From assembly GCA_031414955.1 (NCBI GenBank), contig JANOQV010000208.1, positions 1 through 64,000 on the forward strand: a stretch of 64,000 nt of DNA. Reading direction: 5' to 3'. The notes beneath the pieces are model-generated. The model was given only the letters and a program-made list of their open reading frames with translations, did no database searches and was not told where the DNA came from. Position numbers and translations under genes: made by a program. Shown piece after piece: positions 11,611 through 21,496 of the stretch. How positions within the stretch are numbered: the stretch's first letter is position 1; each line of letters starts with the position of its first letter. This DNA is from Pedosphaera sp. (GTDB taxonomy: Bacteria; Verrucomicrobiota; Verrucomicrobiia; Limisphaerales; SIBH01).

Positions 11611-13410
11611 ATGATTCTTCGCCAGCCACACCCCGCCAAATCCATGAATGATTGTGCCGTGAAGCCTCGCCCTTCCGGCGGGTGCGCCCGCCGCACCGAT
11701 GGGCTTTGGCTGGGGGCCATTTCGCTGGCCCCGTTGATCTTGTTGTTTCCTTTGGGCGGCGGGTATGGCCTCGACTGGCCGTGTCATCACTGGCTCGTGG
11801 CCTACTTCGGCGAGTTCTTCCAAGCCCATCTCCGATTCCCGGACGTCCTCCACACCGGGCAACTGGCCGGAATGCATTACCCTGTGTTCTACGGTTTTCT
11901 CCTCTATCCCGCGCTGGGGATGATCAGCGCCGTCACCGGTCCGGAGCTAGCCGTTCGAGCGGCCGTCCTGGCCGTGTTGCTCCTGCAATCCAGGGAAGTC
12001 TTTCGCCTGACCCTGCTGGCCAGTCAGGAACGCGCGTTCAGCTTCGTGGTCACGGCCGCAGTCGGTTGGTCCACTTACGCGCTGACCAACTTGTACCATC
12101 GCGCCGCGCTGAGCGAATTCTTCGCGGTGGCGCTGCTGACGGGCGCGTTTTGCGTGCTGGTCAGAATGTTCTTGTTTGAATCTGGACGTGGGCACCTTGG
12201 TTCGCCGCTGGCCGGAATGCTTTTCTTCATTGGGGCGGCGGGCGCGCATCCCATCACGGCGACATTTGGAGCCATCGGCCTGGCGGCGGTGGTGGGTGTG
12301 CTGCTCCCCTTCAGCCGGGACCGGCTGCGGCTGGCCGGCTCGCTGGGATTGGCCGCCCTGGGGATAGCCGTGGCGATGAGCCCCTGGCTCTATGCGGTGC
12401 TTAAATTTGGCCCGGGGCTGGCCGTCGCGGACGGCCAGCCGATCACCTATGGCAGCTCGGATGTGGACTCCTGGGCGGGGCGGCTCATGCCGTTTCCGTA
12501 TGACGCCCGCATGGTGGCGGGACGGACTGTCGCCGCGGAGCAAGTGCCTTATCTCGAGACCCAGATCAGTTCGGCGCTGCTCCTCTGCGCGCTGGGCCTA
12601 TCAGCGGGAGTGCTGCGGAGCTTTCGACGGGGGGAGCCGCTGTCCCTCCGGGCGCGCTCCCTGGTGATGATCTGGCTTGGGTTCTTCTTGCTGCTGGCCA
12701 TCTCCGTGCTGCCGGCGCTCGGGCACTTGCTACCCGCCTTCCTTCAAAACCTTCAATTTGCCTACCGGTTGGTTTCCTATCTCAATTTCGGTTTGCTCCT
12801 CGTCATTGTCGTGGCCCGCACCCTGACTCCGGTTGCTGGATCGTTCCGGTTGCACTCGTGGCTGCTCGGCGGCGCGTTCGTGCTCGCCGCGTCTGGTCTG
12901 GTCATCAAGCTTTGTCATGTGGAAGCGATCCGAACCCCCAACACCCCGGATCGGATGACCTGGCGGGGAGATCGCGTGCTCGAACTGCCGGATTACTTCT
13001 ACGGTTGGCGGGCCTACGCCTTGACGGCGGACACGCCGCTGAACTTTCCGCCCGCCGACCCGGTGTCCCTGCCGTTGGGCCAGGGCCGAAATTTCGGCCG
13101 AGTACAACCGCTCACCGTGCGGCTGGCCCAGGCCACGAATCTCCAAGTGCGAATCCAACCCTTTCCCTGGAACCGCCTGAGCGTGGACGGTCATCCGGTC
13201 ACGTCGGTCGAGTGCCGACGTCAGGCCGGCGGCATTACCATCTCAATGACTCCGGGCGAGCATGTGATTACCTATGCCTGGCAACCGGATGTCGCCTGGG
13301 TCTGGCTCACGAATGCCTCCCGTGCCTTCATCGCCCTGGGACTGGCCCTGGCGCTGGCGAATCAGATCAGGCTTTGGGTGTGGGCCACGCGCGGGCGGCG
13401 TGCCTGCTGA
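11611..13410 (+). CDS. Multi-pass membrane protein, GT-C/YfhO-like glycosyltransferase
   Basis: Many hydrophobic helices; DWxxH, YPVFYG, RAALSEF, LQFAYRL, FPWN motifs; start uncertain. Confidence 0.65.
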   Translation: MILRQPHPAKSMNDCAVKPRPSGGCARRTDGLWLGAISLAPLILLFPLGGGYGLDWPCHHWLVAYFGEFFQAHLRFPDVLHTGQLAGMHYPVFYGFLLYPALGMISAVTGPELAVRAAVLAVLLLQSREVFRLTLLASQERAFSFVVTAAVGWSTYALTNLYHRAALSEFFAVALLTGAFCVLVRMFLFESGRGHLGSPLAGMLFFIGAAGAHPITATFGAIGLAAVVGVLLPFSRDRLRLAGSLGLAALGIAVAMSPWLYAVLKFGPGLAVADGQPITYGSSDVDSWAGRLMPFPYDARMVAGRTVAAEQVPYLETQISSALLLCALGLSAGVLRSFRRGEPLSLRARSLVMIWLGFFLLLAISVLPALGHLLPAFLQNLQFAYRLVSYLNFGLLLVIVVARTLTPVAGSFRLHSWLLGGAFVLAASGLVIKLCHVEAIRTPNTPDRMTWRGDRVLELPDYFYGWRAYALTADTPLNFPPADPVSLPLGQGRNFGRVQPLTVRLAQATNLQVRIQPFPWNRLSVDGHPVTSVECRRQAGGITISMTPGEHVITYAWQPDVAWVWLTNASRAFIALGLALALANQIRLWVWATRGRRAC

Positions 13411-13510
13411 TTTCTGCTCGTGCGGAAGCGATGGTGGCCTGGCCAGTTCCGATCTGGATGGCCTGGAATTCCCTTCCCGAACTTCATCGGGTGTGAGAAA
13501 AATCCCGGCG

Positions 13511-14122
13511 ATGAAAATGAAACTCCCGCTCTATGCCGTCGCTCTCGCGGCCATCCTTTTCAGCGGATGCATCGTGCAGAGCCTCCATCCGCTCTTCATG
13601 GAAAGGGAATACATCTCCTACCCGGGCCTGGTCGGGACGTGGGTTCAGATGGACGGGGAAAAAGAACAGGGCACCTGGATTTTTGGGGTGGTAAGCAATC
13701 GTTACCTACTGACGCACACCGATGAGGGGGGCAGCAAGGCGACGTTCATGGTCACGGCGGGGCGGCTCGGCACAAACGTATTTCTCAATACCGTCCTGAA
13801 CGAACCGATGGTCGCCGGCCAACCGACGAAGTGGAATAGTTTTGCCGCTTGGCACATAGTGCCGACCTCGGCCTTTTTCAAAGTCCGCACGAACGAGCAT
13901 GGGTTGACTCTGACGGGAATGAATCTGGAATGGCTCGACGAACAGTTGCCTCAGAATCCCAAACTCATCGGCCACGTTTACCGTCCGGTGGGCGATGGCA
14001 CCTCTTTTCCGCTCCTGACCGCCCCGACGAAAGATTTGCAGAAGTTCGTGGCGCAGTACGCTGACGACGCCAAAGTTTTCAAGGACGAAGTCAAACTCGT
14101 GCCCAAGAAGCCGGCCAAGTAG
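13511..14122 (+). CDS. Hypothetical lipoprotein
   Basis: MKMKLPLYAVALAAILFSGC lipobox followed by SLHPL...LVGTW. Confidence 0.75.
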   Translation: MKMKLPLYAVALAAILFSGCIVQSLHPLFMEREYISYPGLVGTWVQMDGEKEQGTWIFGVVSNRYLLTHTDEGGSKATFMVTAGRLGTNVFLNTVLNEPMVAGQPTKWNSFAAWHIVPTSAFFKVRTNEHGLTLTGMNLEWLDEQLPQNPKLIGHVYRPVGDGTSFPLLTAPTKDLQKFVAQYADDAKVFKDEVKLVPKKPAK

Positions 14123-14125
14123 GGA

Positions 14126-14473
14126 TTACTTCGAGCGCGTCACGCGCACGGAGACATGGCGGGCTTCGGGGATGATGAACTTCTTCACCTCGACCGTGAC
14201 CCCGCGCGGGCCGAAGTCTTCCAGGACCATTTGCGCAACGTCCACGGCCAGCGTCTCGATCAGCTTCCAGTGGACGCCCTCCCCAAAGCCGCGCAGCCGC
14301 TGGCTCACGGCAAAATAATCGATGGTCCCGCCCAGTTCGTCCTCCGTGGCGGCGGAGTGAAAGTCGTGTTCCATCTCCACCGTCAGCAGCAATCGCTGCG
14401 GTTGGGCGCGTTCTTCGTCCGGCACGCCGACGCAGTAGAAGACTTCGAGGTCCGTGATGGTGATGGTGTCCAT
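14126..14473 (-). CDS. folB: Dihydroneopterin aldolase
   Basis: MDTITI..GVPDEER..QRL..TIDY..LIETLA..VEVKK; 115 aa. Confidence 0.92.
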   Translation of the reverse strand: MDTITITDLEVFYCVGVPDEERAQPQRLLLTVEMEHDFHSAATEDELGGTIDYFAVSQRLRGFGEGVHWKLIETLAVDVAQMVLEDFGPRGVTVEVKKFIIPEARHVSVRVTRSK

Positions 14474-14529
14474 GAGTGTGTGGTGGTTAAAGTGTTTGCC
14501 GAAAAAAGTTCTCGATTAAGCCGGAGCGG

Positions 14530-14627
14530 GTAGGGCGTCGCTGTCCCCAGCGCGCCGCTGTGAGGTGTGAGCCAGTTCGAGAGGTTTCCCCCGACTCCGG
14601 CGCGGCGCGTTGAGGGCGCCGCGCCCT
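14530..14627. repeat. REP-like inverted palindrome pair
   Basis: GTAGGGCGTCGCTGTCCCCAGCGCGCCG ... CGGCGCGTTGAGGGCGCCGCGCCCT. Confidence 0.6.
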
Positions 14628-14644
14628 TCCTTGTGCTTGGCGAT

Positions 14645-15718
14645 TCATGATTCCTGTCCCGCCAGTGCCTCCAGCAAAATCCTGGTCGGCTGGTTCAATT
14701 CCATTCCCAGCGCGGCCGGCAATGGCACCCAGCGGAACTCCTGCGCTTCCTCGTTCAGGATTACGTCGAGGGGTTCCAGGGCGCGGCAGCGGTAATTCAA
14801 CAGCACAAAATGAGCGTCGCGATAAAACTCCTTCGAGCCGATGCAGTCCTGCACCAGGACGAACTCGACCTCGCTGATCTCGAGATTGGTTTCCTCCTTT
14901 AACTCGCGGTGCAGCGCGTCCACGCACGGCTCGCCGAGATGTACCTTGCCGCCGGGAATGCCCCACCGCCCGGACCACTTGTGGGTGCGGACCATGAGCA
15001 CGTCGTGGGTGCGCGGATGGAAAATCGCCGCGCCCACCGTCACGATGGGGAAGCACGGAGGCGCCCCCGCACCGTTCACGGGCTTCAACTCCAGGTTCTG
15101 CCGCGCGAGCAGTTCGCGCAGTTCCCCGAGATGCTCGACGATCAGGTCGGGGCGGGCGGCGCGCAACTGGGCGAGGTTGTTGTAGCCCGTGAGCACGGCG
15201 CAGGAATGGACGCCGCCATGCTGCGCCGTCTCGATGTCGTGCTGCATGTCGCCGACGAAAACTGTTTCGTCCGCCACCAGGTGCTGCTCGGCCAGGAGGG
15301 CGTGGATCTTTTCCCGTTTGTCCCAGACGCCGACGAACGCCTCATCAATGAACTCCGCGAAGGCCGCGGACTCGGCCTGCGCGCTCCAGTGGTCGGGATG
15401 CACGCTGCTCAACACGAACGTGCGGAGCCCGCGGTCGCGGCAGAATTTCAGGAACTCGCGCGCGTGCGGCAGCGGCGTGACCGAGTCCTGACATTCCTTG
15501 AACCGTCCGTGAAACCAGCCCTCCAGTTGCTCGAGCGGGACGTGGGGGAGGAACTTGTCGTAAAACTTTTTGAACGGCAGGCAAAACTCCGCGCGAAATT
15601 CCTCCAAGGTCAGCTCGGCCAGGCCCGCCTGCTGGAAGACATGATTCGTCGCCTCCCACACCGCCGGGAGATCATCCACCAGCGTCCCGGACCAATCGAA
15701 GATGACGTTGCGAATCAC
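14645..15718 (-). CDS. HAD phosphatase-NUDIX hydrolase fusion
   Basis: FDWSGTLVDD (HAD motif I), FVGDMQHD (motif IV); Nudix box GGKVHLGEPCVDALHRELKEETNL; GTG start after TACACT. Confidence 0.88.
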   Translation of the reverse strand: MIRNVIFDWSGTLVDDLPAVWEATNHVFQQAGLAELTLEEFRAEFCLPFKKFYDKFLPHVPLEQLEGWFHGRFKECQDSVTPLPHAREFLKFCRDRGLRTFVLSSVHPDHWSAQAESAAFAEFIDEAFVGVWDKREKIHALLAEQHLVADETVFVGDMQHDIETAQHGGVHSCAVLTGYNNLAQLRAARPDLIVEHLGELRELLARQNLELKPVNGAGAPPCFPIVTVGAAIFHPRTHDVLMVRTHKWSGRWGIPGGKVHLGEPCVDALHRELKEETNLEISEVEFVLVQDCIGSKEFYRDAHFVLLNYRCRALEPLDVILNEEAQEFRWVPLPAALGMELNQPTRILLEALAGQES

Positions 15719-15900
15719 CGCGCGAGTGTAGGGCAAGCAGGGGCGATGGCAATTGCCGGACGTTCTTGTTCACCAAATCTCGCGGCCTGATCGCTGCATC
15801 CATCAATTGAGCGCGGTGGCCCGACGACGGATGGTTCTGAAGGGCGAGGCCACTTATCGAACTGTGGGTGCGGCGCGCGCGCCCCGACTGTAATAGCCAG

Positions 15901-15933
15901 AAAGCCGCCCGGCGAAATTCGCCGGACGGCTTT
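15901..15933 (-). terminator. Probable intrinsic terminator downstream of the collagen-repeat gene
   Basis: AAAGCCGCCCGGCGAAATTCGCCGGACGGCTTT hairpin with short A and T flanks. Confidence 0.6.
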
Positions 15934-16017
15934 GTGATTATACCAGGAGCGGGCTTTGGGCCCGGACGGTCCTCGGCGCTTAACCAGCGCCCACCGTCCG
16001 TCGCGGCCCGTCGGTTT

Positions 16018-17739
16018 TCACTGGTTGAACGTCGAGGTGACAAACCCAGTCCAGAAATAGTCGCCCGCGGCCCGGGAGATCGAAACCTCGGTCTGTTCGT
16101 TGGACAGGTTGTAGGTATCGCCAAACTGGCAACGGAAAAACACGACCCCCTGAGCGTCGGTGAAGACAGGCACGGTGCCACCCGCCGGAGGATTGGCCAC
16201 GTATTGATAGGAGTTCACGCTCGCCCCGGCGCTGGTCATGCCCATGGCGGCAATAGTAATCTCGCCCGGGTTGGCTTCGTACCGCAGGAGGAAGCCGCCA
16301 TTGCTGCCATCCCGTTCCAAGGTTCCTTTGTTGAAGCGTGCGATGACCTGGTTCGCAGATGTGCTCACAGATCTGATTCGGCGCGTGACCAGACCATTGG
16401 GGCGATCCGGTGGTTCGGAAGTGCCGGTGCCCGACCCTTGGGCCACCAGTCCGGGGAGGCGGACATTGCCGTCCGCATTCCAGGACAGAGCCACTCGCTC
16501 GCCAGTGCCGACGGTGCCCAAGCCGCCCCCACCAAAGCCAAACAGCATCGGGCCATCGGGTGCGAAGCCCGCGAAAGCTTTGCCGCCGCCATACCAGCCG
16601 AGACCGTGGTTGGGATCAGTGCCGCCGCGCAACCAGAGGTTGAAGTCATTGATGCGCACGTCACCTTCGACATCCAGCTTGCTCTCCGGTCCGGACGTGC
16701 CGAGGCCGACGTTGCCGTCGAGCGAGATGATCATGCGTTGAGTGATCGGCTGGCCCGGCCCGGCCTTGGTGTAAAAGGTCAGATATCCTTGGCCGTCATC
16801 AAACGACGAGGTGATCGCGCCTTCGCCGTCCCCGGAATTGTACTGAAGGCTCATCCCCGTGAAGTTGGCCGTGTTGATGCCAATGTCGCCTTGGACGATC
16901 ACCTTGCCACTGTTGCGAGAGACGTTGCCCGCCGCCGCCGTCCACAGCCCGACGCTGGCATCCAGTTTAGCCGCCGTTACGGCCCCGTTGGCGAGTTTCG
17001 CCGTGGTTACGCTGCCATCGGTGATGGTGGCGACGCCGGCCGGCCCCTGAATACCTTGAATTCCCTGCGGGCCTTGCGGGCCTTGCGGACCTGCCACCCC
17101 GTTCGCTCCCGTGGGGCCGGCCGGACCAGCCGGGCCAGCGGGACCAGCAGGACCAGCAGGACCAGTGACCCCGGACGCTGAAGTCTCGACCTCGAGGAAC
17201 GCCGGATACGCGACCGAGGTGCCTTCCTTCGACCCGATCGTCAGGCTGCCGCCGAGGGCAGCGACGGCGAATCCGAAATTATTGGCTCCGTTGCGCCAGG
17301 CGACGACTTGAGCCGTCACATCCACGACCACGAACTGCCGGCTGGCCACCTGCGCCGCCGGAACATTGACCAGCGGGGTGGGGGAGTAGACCGGCGCCAA
17401 CACGGTGACGGTGGACTCATGCCAGTCGCTGGTTACGGGGTGAATTGCCAGCTCGCTCGGAATAGTCACGGTCTTGACGTAAAACGTCAGCCGGGCACGG
17501 GTGATGTTGGCCCCGGTGATTGAGGCCGGCAGATCGGCCAGGTCAAAACGCAGGAAGGCCCGGCGCGTGGAAGAAACTGTCAGCGTCGTGGCCTTGCCCC
17601 CGAGCGCCGTGATCGAACCCAACGATGTGGAGGCTATGTCTTCGCCCACTTGCAGGAGCGCCGCCTGCCCGGTCAGCTCAAAGGCGAGCGTGGCCACCGC
17701 CAGCCACGCGAGGAAGGATGGTTTGGTTTTGTTGCTCAT
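16018..17739 (-). CDS. Secreted DNRLRE-like domain protein with collagen G-X-Y repeat and fibre-like repeats
   Basis: Signal peptide; RAFLRFDL...SKEG...PAFLEV; (GPA)n(GPQ)n tract; [16 protein letters not shown] and GNVGLGT motifs. Confidence 0.75.
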   Translation of the reverse strand: MSNKTKPSFLAWLAVATLAFELTGQAALLQVGEDIASTSLGSITALGGKATTLTVSSTRRAFLRFDLADLPASITGANITRARLTFYVKTVTIPSELAIHPVTSDWHESTVTVLAPVYSPTPLVNVPAAQVASRQFVVVDVTAQVVAWRNGANNFGFAVAALGGSLTIGSKEGTSVAYPAFLEVETSASGVTGPAGPAGPAGPAGPAGPTGANGVAGPQGPQGPQGIQGIQGPAGVATITDGSVTTAKLANGAVTAAKLDASVGLWTAAAGNVSRNSGKVIVQGDIGINTANFTGMSLQYNSGDGEGAITSSFDDGQGYLTFYTKAGPGQPITQRMIISLDGNVGLGTSGPESKLDVEGDVRINDFNLWLRGGTDPNHGLGWYGGGKAFAGFAPDGPMLFGFGGGGLGTVGTGERVALSWNADGNVRLPGLVAQGSGTGTSEPPDRPNGLVTRRIRSVSTSANQVIARFNKGTLERDGSNGGFLLRYEANPGEITIAAMGMTSAGASVNSYQYVANPPAGGTVPVFTDAQGVVFFRCQFGDTYNLSNEQTEVSISRAAGDYFWTGFVTSTFNQ

Positions 17740-17998
17740 AGGATTGGTGTTTTTTGGGATTTTTTTAGATGTGTTGGAACCGTTACGTGCAGGAAACGAA
17801 AATTGCCGGATTCGTGCCAGCGCAAAATATGTTTTTTTTGGCAGTTTGAGCGGACGCCGTTGGAAGGAGTGAGGCTCAAATCATCGCAGTCTTCCCTGGG
17901 GCGCGGGTTTGAGCCACAGCCCCTGGAGTGATGCCCCCCGGCCGCGCACCGGAGTGTTTTGACTCGCAATGTCGCCGCGAACCAGAGAGATAAACCGC

Positions 17999-19963
17999 AT
18001 GGGTTCAGCCAAAAACGAGCTTGAGACAAGTGTTCACGCGGCTTTCCGCGCCATACCGCTGCATCCGCTAACGGACGGCAATCCCTTGCGGCTGTGTGTC
18101 ATGGTTCGCAATCGCCCGGACCCCGTGGCCGGAAATTTCGTGCTCTTGCTCGACCTGGCCGAGGCGTCGGTTTTTCTCGGCTGTATCGCGGATGCCGAGG
18201 GTCAGGTTTGGGACTGGATCGAGCTTTGGGTTCAAACACCGGACAAATTGCAGACCGGCCTGGCGAACTTGCGTGAGCATCTGTCGAACGATGTGCTCGA
18301 TGAACGCTGGACCAAACTTTGCCGGACCTTCTCCGAAACCGACCCTGAAAGCACCCTGGCCACGGGCTGGGAGGCAAAGCACCCCGCGCCCATTTTTCTC
18401 CAGGCCGCCTTGAATACGGCCGTGCCGGCGCTGGCCCGTGGCAGCGGCCGGCGCTGGCTGCTCTGCCAGGACGACACTCGATTGCGCGCCGCCGGGTTGC
18501 CGCCCTACAGCACTTCGCTCTTCCGCTACTGGCAGGAGGAAGGCGCGGAAAAGTCGCCGCTCGTGCCGGTGGGAAACGGCGCGCCCGAAAACGATCAGAC
18601 CCAGCCGGTCGCCGCCGCGTTGCAGGATGCGGACCAGTTGCTGCCTTTCAATCCGCACTGCGGGCTGACCATGGCGCGTTCCTTCGCGCCCATTCCGTTC
18701 GAGGATTATCTGGGGATTCTCAGCGGACGATCCTGGGCGGGCGTGGAGCCGGGTGAATCGCCCTTCGTCCTGGGTGGCCCCTACCGTGCCCTGGTCAGTG
18801 CCGACGCCGTGCAGCAGAGCGGCGCGCATCTGTTTTTGGGTGCGCACGGTCGCGCCGGGCGGCTGCTTGAAACCTTCCACCTGAAGCTCCAACTGTTGGC
18901 CGACACCGTGAGTGCGGTTCGGGAGTTTGTGCGCCGGCAGCAGCTTCCCTTTCTGAACCTGGCGGCGGACAGCTTCCGGGTGAAGCTGAACTCGACCGGA
19001 GCCGGCTTGCCGTTCCTGTGGACGGCTCAAACCTTTCTGGCCCGGCCCAGCCAGGCCTTCGCGCTGCCCGTGGAAACGAGCGACTTTCGCTACTTCATCC
19101 CCGCGCGGGCCGGCACCGCCTCGGTCTATCTGCCGGAGGGTGCCGGGCAGCCGCAGCAAGGCACGGGCACGGTGCGGTTGCGCAAGGTCGTGCCGCCCGA
19201 ACGCGGCCTGACCACCATCGAAGGCACGCTTGTTTTTCAGGACCGCATCTCTGTTTCGCAAAACGATCTGATTTGGATCCGGCTCCTGGTGCAAAACACC
19301 CGGGTGGACCTTTATGGCCACCTCTACTCCTCGGAAGGACTGGCCCAGGGCGAAGCCCGCTTTCGCACCGTGCCGCAGAAACTGCCCGAGGCCACGATTC
19401 AGGCGTTGCGCGCTGCGGAAGGTGTTTCCTTCGCCCGCACGGCCTTCGACATCGTGCCCCTGATGAGTTCGCCCTGCGACTTGTATTCCCTGGGCGTGCT
19501 CGCCACGCGCGCCTTGCTCGTGAATGAGGACACCACGCTGGCCGTGGCCCTCGACGAGATGTTGAGCCTGGCCCGCCAATTGCGCGTCGATCACGACCCG
19601 GCGCAGGAGCTGAAATGGCGCGTGCGCCGCCTGCTCGAACAGGACGGTCGCTGGATGGAATCGCTCGGGCCGCACCGGCTGTTTTGGAACGGCGTGACCC
19701 CGGCGGAAGCGGCCGCGATCCTTCCTTTGGAACTCTGGTGCGAAGCGTTGGGCATCATCGCCCGCCTGTTTCCGGGGATGGGACCGGACAGCATTTGTCG
19801 CGACTTTGGCGACGCGCCTTCGCTGGCGCTCGAGGCGGTTTTCGACAGTGCGGTGGAGGATTTGGCCCGGTTGCTCCGCCGCTCGCGCAGCCTGATTGTG
19901 ATCGACTGGAAGTTCAACCGCGAGATCCACGGCGTGATCAGCGGCTTCCTGGAGAAAACCTGA
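17999..19963 (+). CDS. Hypothetical protein with degenerate protein-kinase-like C-terminal motifs
   Basis: About 654 aa; SPCDLYSLGVLA resembles kinase subdomain IX; 18 nt upstream of the sheath gene. Confidence 0.65.
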   Translation: MGSAKNELETSVHAAFRAIPLHPLTDGNPLRLCVMVRNRPDPVAGNFVLLLDLAEASVFLGCIADAEGQVWDWIELWVQTPDKLQTGLANLREHLSNDVLDERWTKLCRTFSETDPESTLATGWEAKHPAPIFLQAALNTAVPALARGSGRRWLLCQDDTRLRAAGLPPYSTSLFRYWQEEGAEKSPLVPVGNGAPENDQTQPVAAALQDADQLLPFNPHCGLTMARSFAPIPFEDYLGILSGRSWAGVEPGESPFVLGGPYRALVSADAVQQSGAHLFLGAHGRAGRLLETFHLKLQLLADTVSAVREFVRRQQLPFLNLAADSFRVKLNSTGAGLPFLWTAQTFLARPSQAFALPVETSDFRYFIPARAGTASVYLPEGAGQPQQGTGTVRLRKVVPPERGLTTIEGTLVFQDRISVSQNDLIWIRLLVQNTRVDLYGHLYSSEGLAQGEARFRTVPQKLPEATIQALRAAEGVSFARTAFDIVPLMSSPCDLYSLGVLATRALLVNEDTTLAVALDEMLSLARQLRVDHDPAQELKWRVRRLLEQDGRWMESLGPHRLFWNGVTPAEAAAILPLELWCEALGIIARLFPGMGPDSICRDFGDAPSLALEAVFDSAVEDLARLLRRSRSLIVIDWKFNREIHGVISGFLEKT

Positions 19964-19981
19964 GCCAGCCCCAGGACCAGC

Positions 19982-21385
19982 ATGCCGCCACGCTTTTCCC
20001 TCGGTTCCATTGAGTTGAGCGCAACTCCGCGCCGCCGCCCGGACGGAGGGGCAGGGGAGGGCGGCCTGGTTTACCGGATCATCGTGCTGGGTGATTTTGG
20101 CGCCGCCAGTGTGGAGCGGCCGCGCCTTGGACGGCCGGTGCGCGTGGACTTGGATACTCTCGAGACGGTGTTCGCTCAGTTCTCCGCGCGGATTGAATTG
20201 GCTTGGGGGGATGGATCGCTGGTCTTGCACCCGCGCACGATTCAGGATTTGCACCCGGATCATTTATTTCAACTCCCCTGCTTCGAGGCCTGGCGGCAGT
20301 TGCGCGCGCGCCTGGCCGACGCCCGCTCGTTTCACGCCGCCTTGCCTGAACTTCACGGGCTGGTTCCTCCGGCCCCAACCGCCCCACCAAACCCGGGCCA
20401 GAAGGAAAGCGACGATGAGGTGCTCCAACGTCTGCTGGGCCGTCCACGCACGACCAACCCCAGCCCGGTCGAGTCTTCGACCGTGCAGGTCTTGCTGCGC
20501 GAAGCCGTGGCCCCCAACCTTGCCCAGGCCAATGCGGCCGAGCAGGCGGCGGCCATCGCCTCTCTGGACCGGCTCATCAGTGGGCGCATGAATGAACTGC
20601 TGCACCACCCCCGCTTTCAAGCTCTCGAATCGGCTTGGCGGGGCATCGACTTCCTGGTGCGCCAGATCGAGTTGGATGACTCCATCGAGTTGCAGCTCTT
20701 CGATCTGCCCGCCGATCAGTTGCGGGCCCGGGCTTTCCATCAGTCCCTCGCCTCGGACCTCGCCTCGCCCTTCGTGCCGCGCGGAGGCTGCGCCCTGGCG
20801 CTCGGCCTCTTTTCCTTCGGCCCCAACCGTGAGGACGCCCAAACGCTCGGAGCCATCGCGGATGAGGCGCAAAAACTCGGCGCGCCGTTTATTGCCGCAG
20901 CGGAGACCGCCATCCTCGAACAGTGGCGCCTGCCGGAGACCAGTTTTCCGGAGGAGTGGCGGCAATTGCGTGCGCGACCGTCCGCACGCCTGCTCGCCCT
21001 GGTCGCACCGCGTTTCCTGCTCCGACAGCCCTACGGAACCAGCAGTGATCCGATCGAAAGTTTTACCCTCGAGGAAATGCCGTCGGCGGTGGCCGAACAT
21101 TATCTTTGGGGCCACCCGGCTTTGATCGCCGGGATCCTGCTCGCGCAGTCGTTTGCCCAGAGCGGTTGGGAGATGCAGGGGAATGAAATCACCGAACTTT
21201 CCGGTTTACCCCAGCATAGTTATCGCGAAGGCGGCGAATCAAAACTGACTCCCGCCGCGGAGCGTCCCCTGGGCGATGAAGCGGCGGAGCGGTTGGCGAC
21301 CCTGGGCTTCTCCTCCCTGGTCACGCCACGGAGTTCCGACTCTGTCCGGCTTCGTCTCCAGCCTCTCGGGCACGCCCACCTCTGA
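19982..21385 (+). CDS. Type VI secretion contractile sheath protein, TssB(VipA)-TssC(VipB) fusion
   Basis: N-terminal IIVLGDF..RVDLD..QDLHPD (TssB-like); LDRLISGRMNELLHHPRFQALESAWRG, PFIAA, EEWRQLR, PRFLLRQPYG, YLWGHP (TssC-like). Confidence 0.8.
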   Translation: MPPRFSLGSIELSATPRRRPDGGAGEGGLVYRIIVLGDFGAASVERPRLGRPVRVDLDTLETVFAQFSARIELAWGDGSLVLHPRTIQDLHPDHLFQLPCFEAWRQLRARLADARSFHAALPELHGLVPPAPTAPPNPGQKESDDEVLQRLLGRPRTTNPSPVESSTVQVLLREAVAPNLAQANAAEQAAAIASLDRLISGRMNELLHHPRFQALESAWRGIDFLVRQIELDDSIELQLFDLPADQLRARAFHQSLASDLASPFVPRGGCALALGLFSFGPNREDAQTLGAIADEAQKLGAPFIAAAETAILEQWRLPETSFPEEWRQLRARPSARLLALVAPRFLLRQPYGTSSDPIESFTLEEMPSAVAEHYLWGHPALIAGILLAQSFAQSGWEMQGNEITELSGLPQHSYREGGESKLTPAAERPLGDEAAERLATLGFSSLVTPRSSDSVRLRLQPLGHAHL

Positions 21386-21496
21386 TGCACATTCGCCTGG
21401 GCGTGGCGGGCAACATTCGAACGGAACGCCCGCTGCCAGCCGGAGCTTCTCGCCCGTCCCATCATCGCCGGGAATTGGGCGGCCAGCCCTCGGCTC

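Noticed and set aside
17040..17170. 9-nt tandem DNA repeats
   Set aside because: Fully explained by collagen G-X-Y coding.
17873..17915. GGCTCAAA...TTTGAGCC inverted repeat
   Set aside because: Only an 8-bp stem in a single copy; too little to assign a function.
18068..20263. Long antisense ORFs (731 aa here; also 13-1119, 27605-29020, 49113-50726, 51087-52793, 54540-56117)
   Set aside because: Shadow frames opposite recognisable genes, expected with high GC3 codon bias; no family motifs.
17999..21385. Prophage or complete contractile injection system
   Set aside because: No tube, baseplate, spike, capsid, terminase or integrase genes nearby.
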